A stretch of DNA of 64,000 nt from Balanoglossus misakiensis (lineage: Eukaryota > Animalia > Hemichordata), in contig CM082580.2 in assembly GCA_040954595.2 (NCBI GenBank), positions 11,670,909 to 11,734,908 on the forward strand. Reading direction: 5' to 3'. Positions 28,101 through 42,200 of this stretch are shown piece after piece (positions within the stretch are counted from its first letter, which is position 1; each line of letters begins with the position of its first letter). The position numbers and the translations under genes are program-made. The notes below the pieces were generated by a model. That model saw nothing but the letters and a program-made list of their open reading frames with translations, was not told where the DNA came from and did not search any database.

Positions 28101-31100
28101 TCGATAATTGGTGACACCACGTTGCTTCTATTCTCCGCGATTCTCTGCAGCAGCGGCTCTAACCACCCGACGTTGCATTCGACGTGAGAATCCAGAAACA
28201 GAAGGACCTCCCCTCTTGCAATTTCACTGCCAAGCAACCTGGCACGTATCAGTCCTTCTCTTTGCTTCAATCTTAGTATTCTCACCTTGGGAAATATTCG
28301 CATGTATTCGTCCAGAGGCGCCTTCAGGTATTCTGTAATTTATGGCACCTTCTGATATGTCAGCAGACGACAAAATGTGACCAAAAATTTCATCAGACAT
28401 TTTTGTGCGACTGTTTATAGACTGCCAAAATAAGTAACCTGAGTAACCAAGACTAGGAACAATGATACACACGATAAAAAGAGTTCAATAACTTCATAAA
28501 CAATCCTTTCGCTTCATAAAGTTCATCTTGACCTACCTCTTTGACTAAAGTCATCAACGAGTATGACCTCTTCGATGAGGTCAGCGGGTGACCTATTCAT
28601 AATACTGTGCACAGATCTCAGCAGAGTGGACCAAGACTCCTCCGCGAAGCACATTATAATACTTGCCGATGGAAGACGATCGAAATATTCTTTCGTTTTG
28701 CATCTGAAAAAAAAACGTTTCATACTGTAGTAAAATGTACTCAGTGCACTACTTTCGTATACATCATTAAACCGTACATATTTGCATGTGTATTCATGCC
28801 GTGCAGTCATTCATTCATTCATTCATTCATTCATTCATTCATTCATTCATTCATTCATTCATTCATTCATTCATTCATTCATTCATTCATTCATTCATTC
28901 ATTCATTCATTCATTCATTCATTCATTCATTCATTCATTCACTCACTCACTCGCAAAATGCGAATTTCGCTACGCACAATTTAGGTCGAACATCCGGGAT
29001 ACTCCTCTCCACCGAAATCAAGCCACTGACGTATTCATTGAACGACGCCCGCTTCCATCCTTCTCTGACTCGAGCGTCATCTTCATCTTTGATGCGGACC
29101 GGGACACCTCTCTCCCCGGGACCTTTGCGCAGCCGCGGCCTTGTCGTGGCGTCAATATCATGAACCGGGTGTAATCCCATAATTCCGTCCGTGTCGTCCT
29201 GGAAAATGTACGAATGGATGAGAAACTGACATAGGTCACACAAAATCGGGAGTTTTGTTTTTGGAGCGCAGGTTTTCGAGAAAATTAAGTTAAATGGGCC
29301 CTTTATTACTCTGCGTGAATCGTACGTTACAGGTTGTTTTATGCATCTAGTAATGTTGACAGTTATGCGCAAAATAAAGTTTTCACATTTTCCTTCACAA
29401 ACTTTTGACCTTATCTTCACAGAAACCCACTATGTGGACAGATGTTGCAACACAGCCTGTTTTACTACTGTTTTTAATTTGATATCCTAGTTTAAGACTG
29501 TGTACACCGTTGTCTCGAACCATCTAAACATATTTATCAGCGCACGCAATCCATTCATTCGTGCCGGGTAAATGCAATGCGAAGAAAATGGATCCATTAA
29601 TGATAAAATAGACAATATATGAGTTAACTGCCTTTTAGACACTTTACTAAGAAGTTGACGAAATTCAATGAAAAGAAACCGCATAAGCTTACTTTTTGAC
29701 GGGCGTATTTCTCATTAATATTTTGTGCGATTTCACTCGGGCTTTGTGCCGTTACAATTCATAAACGCCAGCCATTTACGTGAGGTCAGCGTTTAGTTCA
29801 CGCTTCGGAAAATAATATTCGAAACATGGCATTAGCGCAATTACTCGCCGCTGTTGTAAACCTTGTGATGTGGTCTGTATACACTACAAGCAATGACGAA
29901 TCTAATATTCCGACGCCGACTTCGCCATCAATCCAGTCTGGTTTTGTATTTGTTTGTATGTGTGTGCGGTTCTAATGGACTGAAACTATCATACTCAGTG
30001 TTTAGCTGCAGTGCACTGCGAATGTTGAAACAACATTTGCGTTGAGTGCAAAATCACGCCGCGTATTGACATTATGTGAATCAATTTTCAGTATTTGATA
30101 TCGAGTTTCATTGTTGCTGCTTCTCTACATAACCCGGGTTGTATCAAGCGCGGACTTATTTTTCGACATACTTTATTGCCAGACAGTTCAAGTACAGTTT
30201 GTAAACTGTACAAAAACCCGCAAAATGTAGTTTTCCTTCTCCAATATCAAACTAGGGTTACGCATTTCAAAACAAAAAATAAAGTCATCTGAAATATTCT
30301 CACAAGAACGTGGGTGGTCGACTGCCAACACGAACGTGACTTGCACACAAAAGGTAATATTCTGTTAAGTGTTACTCATAGAGAGAACATTGTATAGCCA
30401 GTCTTCAAAGTAATTTCCTGAAAGCAGTCTTCAGCAATTTATGTGAGCTATCTGTTTTGATACAAAGCAATTTGCAAACACAATTACATTCCAATTATAG
30501 CTTTCATCTGCGGGGCGTAGTCACGTGATAACCTTGCTTACGTAAGTCGGAGAAATTTTGACGAATACAAGACGCTTATTCTTATTGATTATGAACGTTT
30601 ATTGATTGATTGAGTGCGTAATTGCAATGAAAAGAGGGTCTCTACATCATTATTCATTAGGCCTCTGTGATTAGGCCTAGTACATGTATCTATGTCCACA
30701 TGCAGAAAGACTGAAAAAGCTTCATGTACCCAGATTTCAAAACTGATTTAGAAAGACAATAGATACCTCGTCCTTTTTCCTTGTGTTCTTGTTATACTCC
30801 CAACCGGTCTGCTTCGTAGCACCATCTTCAGCACGAAAGCCATGTCGATAAGCACCATTACTGGACTTGGAAGATTTCTTCTCGGTCGACTGTAAGCTTA
30901 CATCCTCGTCATGTTTTCGAAGTCGGTGACGTTCCCCGATTATTCCGGACTTCATAGACGACTCGGGAAGCTTCTGACCCGGGGATCTATATTCACTCGC
31001 TTTGAAGTACGATGTGAGTGCGTAAAATGCAAGCAGGGACACTTCCAAGACGAGAAAAATCAAAGATGCCAACAGGAACGCCTTCATAACCCTAGTTCTG

Positions 31101-31111
31101 TGAAATAGCAT
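25123..31111 (-). CDS. GALNT5: Polypeptide N-acetylgalactosaminyltransferase, GALNT5-like
   Basis: Exons (transcript order): 31111-30767, 29198-28978, 28703-28537, 28332-28077, 27804-27691, 26889-26772, 26597-26497, 26348-26126, 25824-25729, 25637-25497, 25284-25123. Type II TM anchor; DxH motif [17 protein letters not shown]; SPTMAGGLF; [10 protein letters not shown]; HVGHVFR; ricin-B lectin. [20 protein letters not shown] and [20 protein letters not shown] resemble GALNT5 (which has CFVDE rather than FHNE). Confidence 0.85.
28807..28952. repeat. (TCAT)n tetranucleotide microsatellite ending in (TCAC)n, in GALNT5-like intron 2
   Basis: About 33 perfect TCAT units, directly visible. They generate the spurious HSFI-repeat ORFs. 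Confidence 0.98.
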
Positions 31112-33552
31112 AGCGATCTGTGCGACGCTACCTGCTAGTGAGTTTGATCTGCCTAGAGAACGTAAAGGGTGTGTCGATGCTCAGCAAAACAAGACGTATT
31201 TGTAGGACTAAATCCTAACAGTTCAAAACCACAACCATAACTAACGGCATGCACCAAATCGTCGGGAAGGAATATCGGTTGGGTATCGTTCTGCGCGTGC
31301 GTGAGTAGGCGTCTGTAGCAACAGGTGTCGTGTTACAGCTATAGTTCAATTAAGCATGTATGTAATGATCTCGCTGATAGGTTTGTATAATGAAAATATT
31401 ATAATAAATACACAAGATTGATTAATATTTTAAAATGCGTATATTTTCATTCGGTTGATCGAATACACAATAGCAACTGAACTTACAAAGTACAGTAATC
31501 AATAAAATGCAGACGGATGAAACCATTACGTTTGTATTGCATAATTCATCTTCCATAATTACAATATAATGTACATGTATACGTTTGCTACTGTTTCCAT
31601 TTAGGTGCGGATGTGTGCCTTTCTCATAAAACCTTTCCGAGATTCGAAGGTTGCCAATGGCAAAAGGAAATAAACTCACCAGTAAAAGATAAACACGATT
31701 GCGATGGATATTAATTGACCAATTACTGAAACGTTGCCACTCGTACGAGACAACTGATGACTCAGATTCACTCAAATACTCTTCCAAATATCAGCATTTA
31801 GCATTATGTAGCTCAGCCAGAACATCTTACTATCTTAATTCCAAGCGCGTATCTTAAATATTCTGGAGACGTCCGGCACAGATTACCAACCGTCAATGAA
31901 AGACAATACAAATGTAAGTGCTTCGAAGAACAAATATATGTGTAGGAAACCAAATAGTTCACCAATCCCAATAAATCGATGGTAAATTACAGTCCCTCCA
32001 AACTCTATATAGCGCCCTCCTTGGTTACTGAACGTGATTCATAACAACGTTTAATAGACGAAAGGGAGAAGTTAGATAAAAATAGAAAACAAATGATAGG
32101 TTGTGCTTATCACATGTGTTTATCTAACTGTAGCTGACAGATGAAACTCATCAGTATTGTAGCACATGCGCGTCAAGCTGATGATGGGCTGTCGCGTTGC
32201 GTTGGTAACCATTCAACGTCGCACAAGCTGATGCAGCGATTATGATATTTTACTGTATTAATCATGCAGCGCGCTCTATAATGCAGCGTCGCGTCCAAGC
32301 GTTTTACAAAATTTCCACCCGGTGATGACGTGCTATTGGTTCATTCATGACCGACAGGAATGCGATCTTAGTAGCGCGATGAGGAACCCGGCAGCAACGT
32401 CATCACCAAACTTCGTGAACTTTTGATCTGTTAGCACACGCGACCATCCACTTGACTGCTGCACTATTGTATGTGGCTGGTTATATACACGACTCGGCAC
32501 CCGGGGTTTCAATACATTTGCTGTATGCTATCCGGATAATACCAATGCTAAGCTGACATCTGGAATGAGAAGTGATACATTAGTCTTCGGCAGTCGCTAT
32601 TATTGACCAGTTACTAGTGCTGTATAACGGCTTTATTTCAGGTGAGTTGACGAATACACTTACCTTTACATGGACCTGTAAGTGTAACAGTTGACACGTG
32701 GCGAAAAACAAAGTGGATTATTGTGAAAATTTCCACAGCGACCGCATTGTTCGGAAGTACATGTATAACATTTTGCACCGGATCAGCTCAAATATATAAA
32801 GGGATTAAATTATGTTTTAAAAGTTTAAAACGAGCAACCTGGATTTAAGTAACCACGCTCATCAGGAACGTAATATAATACATGTAACACTATTTACAAA
32901 TTTATGATTTAAAGTTTATCTTATGGTTGGTTGACGTGTTCAATGTTTATTTTGTAATTATAACGGCGGTGCAGCATTGTTCCAATACTTGATGGAAACA
33001 CCGCAGCCACATATGTTATGCTAATTTTACACTGAAACGAAATATAGGTTCATCAATATTCAGTTCGCCACACGCTGCGGCGGTTGTGCCATCAACTTAT
33101 AGAAAGATAAAGTAAATGTAGATTTATAAGGGCTTAGCAAACAACATACATGTTTATATATTAAGATAATATTTACACTCTGGAAACATTAAAAGTTTAG
33201 AGAATTCTGTACTGTGTTTTGATTGAAAACAAGGACAATAGCTTGAAACATGCTAGTAAAATTACATCAAAGAGCATTGAAACGAATTAAAAAGACAGGT
33301 ACATGTCCCGGCAAGCTCTTTAAACAAAGTTATGAGTAAAACTAACATTTTCGATTTACACTCTACAGGTCACGTGTTCGTCGTTCGTCCCTACGGATTG
33401 GATGGTGTGAACATGCTTTTATCAAAGTTGACTTCAGTCACATGACAGGTCTCACAAGTGACTCGCGTGTCCGTTATCCGTTACATATTTACTTAACTCA
33501 TTCCACTAAATAAAAACTTGATTCTTCGAGATTTTCTATTTGTTGCTAAAAT

Positions 33553-36500
33553 ATGTCCAGGAGAAGGCGATACTGTTGTAAGATTGTACTTTTGACGTCT
33601 TTAGTTTGGAGTATGTTTGATCTCGTGTTGATATTTCAATTCTCGAACGTCGGCACTGGTTACCAAGGTAACGTGGGAGACGCGGAACAGATGGATGAGA
33701 AACTGTTCATAAGAAAAGAGGATGGCGTCGCGCAGCAACGAGAACGGAGGGGAGTCCAGAGGGAACTCAGAGGCAACGAACTGATGATGGATACTCAAAT
33801 TCGAAAGAATGAAGATCTCGAAACCCTCCAGAAACGACAATATTTGCTGAAGAAATTTATCGACGAGAAGCTGGCGAAAATGGACGAAATGCGCAACTCG
33901 AACCTCAACGCCAACAAACAAGGGGGACTCGACTTGAGAGAAAAACCAAGGGAGGAATACATGTTGCACAAATTCATACGCGAAGACATTGCACGACTCG
34001 ATGAAGCGGAACGAAAGGCAAAAGAAAAGGAACCTGGCAAAAATGATGTTCAAAATGGTTAGTTCTTTTCTTTTTCTTCAAAAGTTGCCTGACGTTTGTG
34101 CAAGCTATTAATCCAGAAGTAAAAGACATATATCGAATGCAGTTTAGACTGCTACTAAGCCAGGGAATGTTTTGACCTTTGACCGTAGTGCCAGTAGACT
34201 GTAAGCTTTCAGTACACCTGTTTTGTCACAATGCAATACCAGTCAGTCCACGTGGCATAACAAGTGAGGTCTACACGTCACGAATTTTGCGCCGCTATTT
34301 TTCAATGATAGCCAATCTAAAAAAGCACTATTTATACACTGTACAACAAAAATACATTGGAATAATGCACTTCATTATTACCGCGTAAAGAGAGAAATTA
34401 CACATTTCTGTTGATGAAACGTTCACTTTTCACTGTTCAGTTACACAGTTCGTTTTACCATAAATACACGATTGCGTGTTGCGGCATGCAATAGCAAACA
34501 TGAGATGCATTGGTGATTGGCGAATGCTATAGATATTAACAGTTAATACGAATTCAGTGTTGCAGATTACAAGTAGTGATGAAAACAGACAGGTGGTTCA
34601 GGGCCACGAAGAACAATCCAAGAAACCAGAAGATGCAAATAGACATTCTAGAGGACCACAGAAAGAACAACTGCAAGTTCGAGTACAGGAGCAACGGCTC
34701 AAAGGCCCCACTTCACCGCCACCATCACCACAACAGCGAGACCAGCAACATTCCGAAAATCAACAACTACCGCCTCAGCAAGAACGGAAGCAGGATTCAA
34801 ATCACCAGTCTCAGTCGCCAAGGCAACCAAAAGCACCTCCGCAGCAGCAGAACACACAGAAACAGAACGATGGTGAGCAAAAACTCGTGAAAGATCAACA
34901 AGAAATTGATCAAGACCGTCACCATCAGAACAACAAGCAAATCCCGGCACATCTTGCCGGCGAACCAAAAGATCTACCATCCGTCTCCGAAGAAACTGTT
35001 GTCAAGGTACCGAGGCTGGGATACCGCCCACCAGAGCATCCATGGCCGCAAAACGGATACGGTGAAATGGGTAGAGCCGTCAAACTGACAAAGATGGAAG
35101 AAAATATCAGCCAGATGACGTTCAAGCAATTCGAATTCAACATCGTGGCCAGCGACAAGATGGCGCTGAACAGAACGATACCAGACTCGAGATCAAAAGG
35201 GTGAGTGAGATTCCAGCAGATATACAAGTCATGTAGTTGCTGCGAAGGTGAGGTTGGCCACATTTTCGAATTGTAAAACCCCAAAGTATATTTCCCCAAA
35301 ACATGCAGTGTACTGTTTGCAAGAAGTGTGACATCATTTTGGTATTTTCACTTTTCAGTTGTGTTTCCAAATACTATCCTGCCGACTTGCCCAAGACCAG
35401 TGTAATTATCGTATTTCATAACGAGGCTTGGAGCACATTGCTTCGGACCGTCATCACTGTCATCCAGCGATCTCCAAGACACCTGTTAGAGGAAATCCTA
35501 TTGGTTGACGACGCCAGCGTCCCAGAAAAATGTGAGTTATGAGTATGACAGCGTGAATGAAGCTGCTTTGTTGCCACTGAGTTGCAAATAAGGAATCTGT
35601 CAAATGAAGCCAATAGTGGTCGAAACTATTTGTAATATACCCGCAAAATTTTGAGAAATTAGAAATAAAGAGGTTATCACAATATTTGAAATAAACTTGT
35701 GCACATATTGTATTAAGCTAACCAACTTACTAGTACGTTCAGTCGTCGCCAAAATGTGTTGCTTTTAATTCCTGATTTATTTAGGAAATTACCAACGACC
35801 AGAAGTGAAATAAGACAACTGTTTTTTTTTCTTGTGTCTGTAGATTGGTTGCAGCGAGAGCTAGATGACTATGTCGCCACACTTCCGGTGCCAACGAGAG
35901 TTTTGCGGACTGGGGAACGCGTTGGATTGATAAAAGGACGGCTTCTTGGTGTGGAGGAAGCCACAGCAGAAGTAGTCACGTTTCTGGACTCGCACTGTGA
36001 ATGTAACGTTGGTTGGTTGGAACCACTAATGGCAGAAATTGCGAGAGATAGGTGGGAATTGGGTTTCTATAGTAATAATAGTAAGTCAGTGAATCGTGAT
36101 AAGAAAATGTTTAGGAGATGGGATTTTTGGCTTTAAATGCGTCCAGTGTCTGGTTTTGAGCAAAGTAACCTGACCAAAGTAAAGTTTAAACTCAGTTTTG
36201 CCAAAATGTATCTTGAATGACATTTCCATTCAGGACATCGGTGGTGGCACCTGTCATCGACGTCATCAGCGACCGTAACTTCCAGTACTCGTTTTTGGAT
36301 GGAAAGTTTAGTCAGAAGATCGGCGGATTCGGCTGGTGGTTGGAGTTTAAGTGGTTTGACGTTCCGGACAGAGAGTGGGACCGCGTCGGTGACGATGACA
36401 GCGTTCCCATGAGGTAAGGGGGGAACCATTTAATTGTTTTTTTAGGGGGGGAGGGGGGGGGGCGGTGGAGAATTTGTGCATGTCAGCAATTAGCGTTAAC

Positions 36501-38105
36501 TCATACGCCAGAGATGTCCAATCTATAAACTTTTGCCTTTTACAGAACACCAACCATAGCTGGTGGGCTATTTTCAATCGACAAGATCTACTTTCGCCGT
36601 CTTGGTTTGTACGACGAGGGTTTCGATACGTGGGGAGCAGAAAACTTGGAATTATCATTTCGGGTAAATCACACGATTTTAAAGATTTTGAATAGCTTGC
36701 CATAAAACTAAAACCGGCATTTAAGTGTCCTTTGAGATAGTGTTTAAACTTCCTCAGATGTCGAAAATTCTGTCTATGGTTTGTACTACTACCAGGTCTG
36801 GCAGTGCGGCGGCACACTTGAAATTGTCCCGTGCTCTCACGTCGGCCACGTTTTCCGGAGCCAGATTCCATACAAATATAAAGACGGGAAAGACCCAAGC
36901 GCCACCATCGCCAGGAATAATTTGAGACTTATGGATGTCTGGATGGACGACATGAAGGATTTCTACGTGGCCATGAACCCGCATTACAAAGCGATTGACT
37001 TCGGAGATACATCCGACAGGAAAAAGTTGCGAGAATCTCTGGGCTGCAAGGATTTCAGATGGTATCTCAATAATATCTACCCGGAGAACACTCTACCCTT
37101 GGATTTTCAAAAAGTGGGAACGGTAAGTTTAAGTTACTTATGAATCTAGCTTGGTAGATAGTATATATACTTTTTACATCACATTTCATAAATCGACCAT
37201 GTCAATGTGTAAATGTCACAAATCGCCCGTCGTAACAAAATCGAGTTTTGAAAACAAATTTCAGATAAAGAACATTGAGAGCCGCCAGTGTATCGACGCA
37301 TACAAGAGGAAAGACAACACGTCACCGGTTATGGTGACGTGTCACGGAATGATGGCACAGGTAGGTAGAAACTGGTGACGTCATTGGCAGGTGCCATTTT
37401 GATTTATCTTGCGATGGATATGAGAACAAAATAAACATACATGAAAATTATTCGGCTTCGTGGCGAAAATGGCGAACACAAAACAAACTGTGGCATACTG
37501 GAAGTCGGAAATATTGTTTCGGTTTATTTTATGCGATTCTCGTCATCAGAATAAAAGTAATACTTTGACACCAGTGTTCAGATGAGAAAAACCTTTCCGG
37601 GAGGTAGGCAAGGGTCATCTAAATGCCTGTTTATGGTCTAATTTGTCTTGTGTTAAGCTGAAAATATTTCTCCTTTTTCAGATTTTCATCTTAAATAAGG
37701 ATAACAACTTACAACACGACTCTTTATGCCTATCTGTTTCCGAGACTAACAATGCAGTTACGGAGACAGACTGTACAATGCAAGACTCGAAAGACAGACG
37801 GGACTTGAAGTGGTCGTATGATACAAAAGTGAGTTCTGGCCTCAGTAACTGGCTCAATTTTTGTATCTATCTCAACTGCTAAAGAAAAAGTATTTTGGTA
37901 AGACGCAATATGATTGATGTTTAATTTCCATATTTTGATCTTTCATCAGACAAAGACGTTCGTCCATCAATCAACCGGGAAGTGTTTGGATCGGGGGGAG
38001 TACAGGTGGTTCAGAGATCAGCAGTTTTTGGTGCCCACCGTCAATCCGTGCCGCGGTTCTTTCTCGCAGCGCTGGATAATGGAAGACCTCAAAATGGACG
38101 GCTAG
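33553..38105 (+). CDS. Polypeptide N-acetylgalactosaminyltransferase, divergent GALNT1/13-like paralog with a long stem
   Basis: Exons: 33553-34057, 34558-35200, 35359-35531, 35844-36051, 36234-36413, 36546-36663, 36796-37122, 37265-37360, 37682-37828, 37950-38105. N-terminus [19 protein letters not shown]; [12 protein letters not shown]; FLDSHCEC; TPTIAGGLF; [10 protein letters not shown]; HVGHVFR; ricin-B lectin. Probable non-coding 5' exon with donor at 32642 and acceptor at 33368. Confidence 0.9.
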
Positions 38106-38929
38106 AGATATGGCTAATGATACCAACGCAGTTTTATTGTGTGCACGTGTTTTGCAGACCTGTGAGTTTTTCCATGAAGTCACGGACAGAAATTAGACGT
38201 GGTATTCTTCAGCGGTACCGCTGACAACGCCTTCCCAGCGATGGAAATTTTTCATGACTGGACATGACATATTGTGATTGCAAATCCAAGTTACACTTTT
38301 CATCGATGTGATGGTTTATTATCTTTATCGCAGCAAGATAATGGCGTAGGCCGATGCCACCAGATACTCATGAAATGCGACAACACGGTTGAAAAAAAAA
38401 ACATTGTGTAGTGAGACTGTTAAGTTATTTCGTATTTTTATATGCGACTTTTATAATCTGAAAAATTAATGTGATTGAGTATATTTACCAAGAGATTGAA
38501 GGCCCCGTGGTTGCATTCGCAGCGTAACATATGACCATGGGGCAACTTCTTGGTATGAGTTTTGTCAATTCAAAAGAAATCACATTAAAACCTGAAACAC
38601 ACACAGACACAAAATTCACACAATTATCACAGACATGCCGACTTGTTAGTTACGCTTGAAAATTGTACGTCTGTATTTGCTATTTCCATTTGCGTGCGTA
38701 AATTAGTGATGACAGTAAGCGAGAGAGACCTCGAACGTTTGGATTGGTCGACACAATTGTGAACAATAGTCTGTGTAGACTTTCTTTTGAAAGCCAAAAG
38801 GAAAATAATCGAACTTTTGAAATTATTAATAAACACGAGATATCCATATATGTAAGTGTGCCATTATTTCTTTCAAACACATTTCGTATTGAGCTTTTCT
38901 GATGATGGCCCCAAGAAGGATGTAAACTT

Positions 38930-39234
38930 GGTTTGAAGTGCGCCCTCCATAGGACCTCTTAGGTTACTAAAAATTCAATAGCGCTGAAATTTCTCGCCCA
39001 ACTTCTCGCGGCTTTGGGACACTTTCGCAAAGTCCGAGTGGACGGAGTTATCATAGATAATTCTGATTTTCTTACGCATAGCAGTCTAGAAACTGGAATT
39101 AAATCTACCTTGTTTAATTGACCATAAATTGTGCATACTCAATGCCTGTTCAATACTAACAAGATAGGGGTTCCATCAGCCATCTTCAAAGTCACCGGTA
39201 TCATCAGCTGGATTTCTAGTAGCCACGTCAGTAG
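38930..39234 (+). promoter_or_regulatory. Probable promoter and non-coding first exon of GALNT1/13
   Basis: CpG-richer patch with GCGCCCTC (38940) and TTCTCGC motifs (38991-39010); strong donor AG|GTAAGT at 39234/39235; matching acceptor ttttgcag ending at 45151, upstream of the ATG. Confidence 0.5.
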
Positions 39235-42200
39235 GTAAGTTGGATGATTTTGTTTGTTAAAATTTTTGGCTTGCATGTGCCGTGGTAACTACATTAAATC
39301 ACACGGAGATATATTTAAGTTTTCACAAAATCACACAACGTCGTTGATATTTGACCCAACTTCCCGGAAAGAATGGAAACGACCGGCCGAATAGTTATTT
39401 CCCGGACACGGTCCTTGTGTAGTGTTGTGTTTATGTGGTAGTGTGTCCAGTGGCGATGTTGGTTATGATGATGCAAACAACGATGTCAGAAAAATCAAAG
39501 GTTTAAACTAAGAAATAGACCTGCTACTGAGTACAAGAATAGTCGGTGACACACGCTCAGCGTAATTCGAATCACTACCGCCACAGCATGCGTCCTTATC
39601 ATAATTACTCTTCCTACCTCCATGCTGTGTATATTAAATTGGTATCCAATGAAATTCCGAATATCAGTCTCCTATATTTATGCATAATTTCAGGAACCAT
39701 CCGCTGAATTTTTGTCCTATTTTTATTCCTCTTATCCATCCTAGACCTGTGCTCTCTTGTTGTGTTCAACTTGTCAGATATCGTGTCTTCCCCATCCCTT
39801 ATACACACGTAAGAAATAGAACATGGATTGATGGAGTTCTGAATTTAAGCAAGTATATCCAGTTCTAATGTTGTATTTTAAATGTAACAATGAGTACTGA
39901 TTTTAATAAATGGAGACCTTTTGCATGGTGAAATGCACAACTTTATGATTTGAACACTTGCCAAAACTTAAACCCAACAATTTAACAGACCAACTACTAG
40001 TATATCAAATCGTATTTTAAACAGTGACGTATCATATCTCACATGCCTAAGAAAGTACTACTGTGTTCCCTAAGTCAGATCAACTTTCCAGTGGAATGAG
40101 TAGATGTCTCCACAGTCTGTCTGTAAAATTAATATTCAAATATTTTCATGTTTTACACAAATCATTTGCAATTACCACTGTGTGCTGACATGAGAAAATT
40201 ATCATAAAGAAAATTATCCAGTACTACATTTGAGGCATTATTAAGAAATAAAATCAACAACACCTCAAATTTTATCAAAATTTTCAATAACCCAAGGTGT
40301 GCTAATATATATTGTAAACTTGATAAAACAGTGTTGGTTGTTGCTGGTGGAAAGTCATATTTCAATTTAATTTAGGTCAATATGAATTAATTCCTCCATT
40401 ATCTGGGGAATTAAAATGTATCATGCATTTATTCATGATTATTTCATCATATTCATGTAACATATTGGTCTTTCATTTACATATCATTACATATGGTCTT
40501 ACTCCACCTACATTGCATTTGAATTTGGTACTTATGGAAATTATACATCATTGTCGTCGGAGTCGGTCGCTCCTCTCCCGGTAGGGAAGCTTGGCGCTTG
40601 ATGCCAGAAACCAGGACTAATATCAAATTTAAAAACTGAGCGCATATGAGAGGCTGGTGATTTTTGTTACACTGCAAACACAAGCTACAACTTAGGATGG
40701 ATTGGCTGAGATATGCCAATGTGAAAATGGCGTCCCGCATGCATGTGCACATTGTAAATCTAAGATAACAATTTACAGGGGCTGTCAAAACTGAATGCGT
40801 CCAGTGTATTTCTGGACCAGGTATAAATAGATTATGATACCTGCATTAAATATGATGTATGTTTTAGTTTTCTTCATGCAGTACCTGTGGGGCATCAAAC
40901 ACAACATGTCCATTTCCACAGTGATACGATATTGACTGCCAGTCATTTCTTGACTCAACACCTGTTTGCTCTAAATTGGATAAAGAGCATCTGTTTGACC
41001 CTAAACGATGTGTTCAACAAAATGGGAGTACAATTCTAAAAACAGTTCACGTGTCATGCCATGTGGCCAGTCTAAAGGATGATCAATTCATGCCTCTTGC
41101 ATCCAGCAGTGCAATTGTAAATACAACCATTCAAAAAATATCCATCTTGTTGTGTATTCTTGTAGACCAGCATATTTTGCCAGATTTACAGCTGTGCCTA
41201 GTAATATTTTTAGATCAAATCTCTCATTCACAAAAATATTCACTAGGCAGTACAGTGTGTGCTATATATTTTCTGTCTGTTGAATTCTCATGTGTGACTC
41301 AATCAGTTGTCATGGTTACTGCTGTTTAAGAAAAGAAACGGGAACTGTCTCGCATGTGCTGTAATTATGAGAAGAAAATGGGCATTGCAAATTAATGGAA
41401 CAAAGCAATTGAAGACCATCCTGATGATGCTTGATTACAACACGTGAAGTATTCAGATCTTTGAAAAGAGGGAAAAAAATGGCCGATGAAAGGAGCCTGC
41501 GATATTATCCATTTATCAGATCAGCTGCTTCAAAAGCCATTATTAATCAGACGCTTAACTTTGAGATTGTGTGAATGCAAATAAGTACAGGGGAATAAGT
41601 GAAGACAGGATTCGCTTTAGGCCTTTGCCTGTCAGTGTCATCAGCCGGTCGTGTCATCGTCGGGTCACAGAGACTCAATTTACATCGACATTTCTCAGAC
41701 TGGCCTCCGTGTCAGAGAAATCGCCCGGGATTCCCGTTAATCTGTCTTTGCTCATTATTCATCAGCATTCATCACCAGTAATCAGATGAGATTTTTTCCC
41801 CTTCTGGTAAGGGCATTAATCAAAATGTTGCCAGAAGTTCATTTTCCCTGCCTTCTGTGAGACAATCAGAAATACCCTTGAAAAAACATGGAAATTAATT
41901 GGATTAAGTCGGATTGCCACAGTATGAGAATATAATACTAGAAATGCATGTTATCTGTGTTTTTGTAAAAAGCACAGTTGTTAGGATGAATAGTTTTCTA
42001 TAATAATTCAAAGCTGGTAATATACCCAGCAGTAAATGCACTGGTTGTTATTAGAGAAAACCTATTGTGTTTATGCAAGGCAGGATATGCAAGTAAATTT
42101 CTGTTGGCCTATATCCTCTCTTAATAATAGTCTTATATGTGATTTTTTTGCTATGTATTCCAGAGAGAGTTTACAGATATCGCTTCTCTGTCATCTCCAA

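Noticed and set aside
28607-29174. ORFs with HSFI repeats
   Set aside because: They are translations of the (TCAT)n microsatellite, antisense to a GALNT5-like intron.
33601-35299. Long minus-strand ORFs
   Set aside because: They are antisense shadows of the GALNT stem exons.
41896-41906. TAATTGGATTA paired-class P3 palindrome
   Set aside because: Several such sites are expected by chance in 64 kb of AT-rich DNA; a single site is uninformative.
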